This document shows, piece after piece, positions 61,237 through 64,000 of a stretch of DNA of 64,000 nucleotides. The stretch lies in contig OZ241978.1 in NCBI GenBank assembly GCA_965204175.1, positions 775,741 through 839,740 on the forward strand, read 5' to 3'. The notes under the pieces were generated by a model. That model was not told the origin of the DNA. It saw nothing but the letters and a program-made list of their open reading frames with translations, and searched no databases. The translations under genes were made by a program, and so were the position numbers. This DNA comes from Vicinamibacterales bacterium. Its GTDB lineage: Bacteria; Acidobacteriota; Vicinamibacteria; Vicinamibacterales; UBA8438. How positions within the stretch are numbered: position 1 is the stretch's first letter; every line of letters begins with the position of its first letter.

Positions 61237-62277
61237 ATGAGTAACCGAGGATATGCAGTGGCTCTGGTTCTGCTGGTGTTCACGTCGGGGGCGACGGCGC
61301 CGGCAGCGGCCCAGTCCGAGTTCGAGCCGCCGCGCCTTGCCGACGGCAAGCCGGACCTGCAGGGGGTCTGGGACTTTCGCACGCTGACCCCGCTGCAGCG
61401 GCCCGAGGACCGTGCCGACCAGGCGCTGCTGACGCCGGAAGAGGCCGCGGAGATCGAGGCGGCGGCGGTACAGCGCGCCATCGAGGCGGACCGGCCGAGC
61501 GAGATTCGAACCGAGCCTCTGCCGGTGGGCGGCAACGTGGGCGGGTACAACAACTTCTGGTTCGACCGCGGGGCCGGCGTGGTGGACGACCGCCGCACGT
61601 CGCTCATCGTCGATCCGCCGAACGGGCGGCTTCCGGAGGCGCAGCCGGACGCGAAGCGTCAGGAGACGACGAACGACGACACGTCGACGCCGGACCGGCC
61701 GGTGCGCTTCCGGGTGGGCGGCATCGGGACGCACGGCCCCGAGGACCGCGGGCTCGCCGAGCGCTGTCTCCTCGGGTTCAATACCGGCCCGCCGATTGTG
61801 CCGGGCGGATACAACCAGAACATGCAGCTCTTCCAGACCCCGGATCACGTGGTCATCCTCAACGAAATGGTGCACGACGCGCGCATCGTGCCGCTTGACG
61901 GACGCGACCCGCTCCCCGCGGACATGCGGCAGTGGATGGGCAGCTCGCGGGGGCGCTGGGAGGGTGACACGCTGGTCGTCGAGACCACCAACTTTACCGG
62001 CCTGACCGCCAGCTTCGGTCCGTCGGTCCGCTCGGCCATCGGGACGGGCGCAACGATGCACCTGACGGAGCGGTTCAGTCGGGTCGGCGAGGACACGCTC
62101 CTGTACGAGTTCACCGTCGACGACCCCACCAGCTTCACGCGGCCGTTCACGGCGGCGATTCCGATGAAGCGGGGAGCCGCGCCGCTGTTCGAGTACGCCT
62201 GCCACGAGGGGAACTACGGGATGCTCAACCTGCTCTCCGGCGCCCGCGCGCAGGAGCGGGAGGCGTCCGAGCAGTAG
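61237..62277 (+). CDS. Conserved uncharacterised secreted protein (paralogue of 19005..20000)
   Basis: AGGAG RBS and a signal peptide. Shares motifs with 19005..20000 (see that entry). Confidence 0.75.
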   Translation: MSNRGYAVALVLLVFTSGATAPAAAQSEFEPPRLADGKPDLQGVWDFRTLTPLQRPEDRADQALLTPEEAAEIEAAAVQRAIEADRPSEIRTEPLPVGGNVGGYNNFWFDRGAGVVDDRRTSLIVDPPNGRLPEAQPDAKRQETTNDDTSTPDRPVRFRVGGIGTHGPEDRGLAERCLLGFNTGPPIVPGGYNQNMQLFQTPDHVVILNEMVHDARIVPLDGRDPLPADMRQWMGSSRGRWEGDTLVVETTNFTGLTASFGPSVRSAIGTGATMHLTERFSRVGEDTLLYEFTVDDPTSFTRPFTAAIPMKRGAAPLFEYACHEGNYGMLNLLSGARAQEREASEQ

Positions 62278-62450
62278 GGGGCGCCGGTTGTTGGAGCCGT
62301 CTGTCGCCGAATCGGTCGGCGGGCGGCTGCTCGCTGTGCTTTGCCTGCGCCCGCGTCGATCGCGCACACGGGGGTGGACGAGCGGCTTGGTCCGCGCGGG
62401 CCATGCAGCCTGCGCGTGGTTCGTCGGGATACGGCCTGGGAGTACACATC

Positions 62451-64000
62451 ATGACGCGGTTGCTCTGCGCGTTGTCTCTGGCGGTGACCTGGGTTGCGTT
62501 CGCGGATGTGCCGGGCGTCATGGTCGCGGCTCCTCGACCGGCCGGGACGTGGGCCGCGGGAGTCGTCGCTCAGGGTGACGCCTGTGGCGCGATCATGGGA
62601 GCGGACCTCGGCCTGCCGCACACCGCAATCACCGTCGCCGAGGAGGTGACGCCGCCCTTCACCCCGCCCGAGACGTTCAGCTCCCGCGGCTTCATCGTCG
62701 AGGACGTTTCGTTCTGCCGCGTGGCCGGCGTGTCGAGCCCGGAGTCGGGTTCCCGGATCCGGTTCGAGGTCTGGCTGCCGTTCGCCGGCGACTGGAACGG
62801 CCGCTTCCAGGGCATCGGATCGGGCGGCTCGGCCGGCGCCATCCGCTACCGGCAGCTCGCCGCCGCGGTGGCCGGCGGCTACGCGGCGGTGGCCACCGAC
62901 AACGGACACACCAGCACGAGCGGCTTCGACGGAAGCTGGTCGCTCGGGCATCCGGTGCGGCTGATCGACTTCGGCTACCGCGCGCAGCACGAGGCGACCG
63001 TCGCGGGCAAGGCGATCACCCGCGCCTACTACGGCCGCGACGCCGACTTCGCCTACTTCGTCGGGTGCTCGCAGGGCGGCCATCACGCCCTGATGGAGGC
63101 GCAACGCTACCCCGACGACTACGACGGCATCGTGGCCGGCGCCCCGGCCAACTACTGGATCGGCCTGATGACCGCCGAGCTCTGGGCCGGGCTCGCCACC
63201 ACCCGGGATCCCGGGCAGGACCTGCCGCGCGCCAAGCTGCCCGTGCTCGGCGCCGCCGTCATGGCGGCGTGCGACGGGCTCGACGGGCTGGAGGACGGCC
63301 TGATCGACGATCCGCGAGCCTGCGATTTCGATCCCGGCGTGCTGCTGTGCGACGGGGAGGACGCCCCGGATTGCCTGACGGTGGGGCAGGTGGCCGCGGC
63401 CCGGGCGATCTATGCGGGGCCGGTCCGTCCGAGCACCGGGGAGTCGCTGTTTCCCGGCTATGCACTCGGCAGCGAGCACTTCGAGGCGCCGGACGGCCTC
63501 GGCGGCTGGGCCCGCTACTGGTCGGGCATCACCGAGCCGGGCGGCAGCACGGGCCAGTTCATGAAGTACAGCGTGTTCGAGGATCCGGACTACGACCTCA
63601 ACGACTTCGACTTCGACGCGGACTGGGATCGCGCCAACAACCGTTCCCTCGGCAACGACGAGACGCTCGCCTCGGCGCTGAATGCCGTCGACCCCGACCT
63701 GTCGGCGTTCAAGGCGCGCGGCGGCAGGCTGATCAGCTATCACGGCTGGGCCGATGCGCTGATCACCGGGCATTACGCGGTGCAGTACTACGAGAGCGTG
63801 CTGGACGCGATGGGCGGCCTGGAGGAGACCACCGACTTCTACCGGCTGTTCATGGCGCCCGGGGTGGCGCACTGCCGCGGGGGTCCCGGTCCCGACCGTT
63901 TCGACGCGGTAGCGGCCCTCGAGCGCTGGGTCGAGCAGGGGGTGGCTCCGGACCGGCTCATCGCCTCGAAGGTGGTGGACGGCGAGGTGCGGCGCTCGCG
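62451..64000 (+). CDS. Tannase / feruloyl esterase family alpha/beta hydrolase, 3' end outside window
   Basis: Not in the ORF track because there is no stop before the window end. My own translation from the ATG at 62451 gives ..RFEVWLPFAGDWNGRFQGIGSGG..ATDNGH..YFVGCSQGGHHALMEAQRYPDDYDGIVAGAPA..ACDGLDGLEDGLIDDPRAC..YHGWAD..MAPGVAHC.., typical of PF07519. Confidence 0.8.
   Translation, partial: MTRLLCALSLAVTWVAFADVPGVMVAAPRPAGTWAAGVVAQGDACGAIMGADLGLPHTAITVAEEVTPPFTPPETFSSRGFIVEDVSFCRVAGVSSPESGSRIRFEVWLPFAGDWNGRFQGIGSGGSAGAIRYRQLAAAVAGGYAAVATDNGHTSTSGFDGSWSLGHPVRLIDFGYRAQHEATVAGKAITRAYYGRDADFAYFVGCSQGGHHALMEAQRYPDDYDGIVAGAPANYWIGLMTAELWAGLATTRDPGQDLPRAKLPVLGAAVMAACDGLDGLEDGLIDDPRACDFDPGVLLCDGEDAPDCLTVGQVAAARAIYAGPVRPSTGESLFPGYALGSEHFEAPDGLGGWARYWSGITEPGGSTGQFMKYSVFEDPDYDLNDFDFDADWDRANNRSLGNDETLASALNAVDPDLSAFKARGGRLISYHGWADALITGHYAVQYYESVLDAMGGLEETTDFYRLFMAPGVAHCRGGPGPDRFDAVAALERWVEQGVAPDRLIASKVVDGEVRRS

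Noticed and set aside
62214-63872. 552-aa minus-strand ORF, the only long ORF the track lists in this region
   Set aside because: The plus strand from 62451 translates into a clear tannase/feruloyl-esterase sequence (GCSQGG etc.) that runs off the window end and is therefore missing from the track. The minus ORF is its shadow.
1-64000. Search for tRNA, rRNA, CRISPR arrays, IS elements, integrases and att-like long repeats
   Set aside because: None was found by eye. There is no T-loop/GTTCGAATC-type element in the intergenic regions, no regularly spaced direct repeats, and no transposase/integrase-like translation in the six-frame track. A tRNAscan, Infernal or ISfinder run would be needed to be definitive.

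Overview
This is a 64 kb stretch of very GC-rich bacterial chromosomal DNA. Gene content (DUF1592/DUF1552 pair, Bat aerotolerance operon, DUF5916, LolA-like ABC export operon) suggests an environmental Gemmatimonadota/Acidobacteriota-like organism, but that is inference only. I support about 55 protein-coding genes. I found no rRNA, tRNA, CRISPR array, transposase or integrase. The high GC produces many long spurious antisense and off-frame ORFs in the track. I kept only ORFs whose translations have recognisable family motifs or plausible composition, and I re-picked starts using RBS and overlap logic.

Modules from left to right:
- DUF5916 protein (5' partial).
- RND efflux pair (MFP + permease) preceded by a Gly/Arg-repeat secreted protein.
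- Small lower-GC islet: a truncated gene fragment, vapBC, and an AAA-ATPase-like/PDDEXK_9 gene.
- A thioredoxin-fold peroxiredoxin-like gene interrupted by an in-frame TGA exactly at the catalytic Cys position, so a probable selenoprotein.
- LolA-like/FtsX/FtsX/ABC/beta-barrel operon.
- A vapB gene with a decayed vapC.
- Uncharacterised secreted protein + DUF1592 + DUF1552 + ankyrin protein.
- An orphan BrxD/DUF2791-like three-gene cassette flanked by an AAA ATPase and a TPR lipoprotein. This is the best candidate for an undescribed system.
- ABC-2 transporter, amidohydrolase, HisKA_3 kinase and NarL-type regulator.
- A heptad-repeat membrane protein, TauE, and a Uma2 nuclease.
- DUF4340, then the full moxR-DUF58-DUF4381-batABCDE operon.
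- HtrA protease, MarR, and two diverged Uma2-like paralogues bracketing a DUF4143 ATPase and ald.
- NhaC antiporter, a beta-propeller protein, a penicillin-acylase family protein, a second copy of the uncharacterised secreted family, and a tannase/feruloyl-esterase gene (3' partial).

All family calls come from motif recognition by eye; no database search was run.
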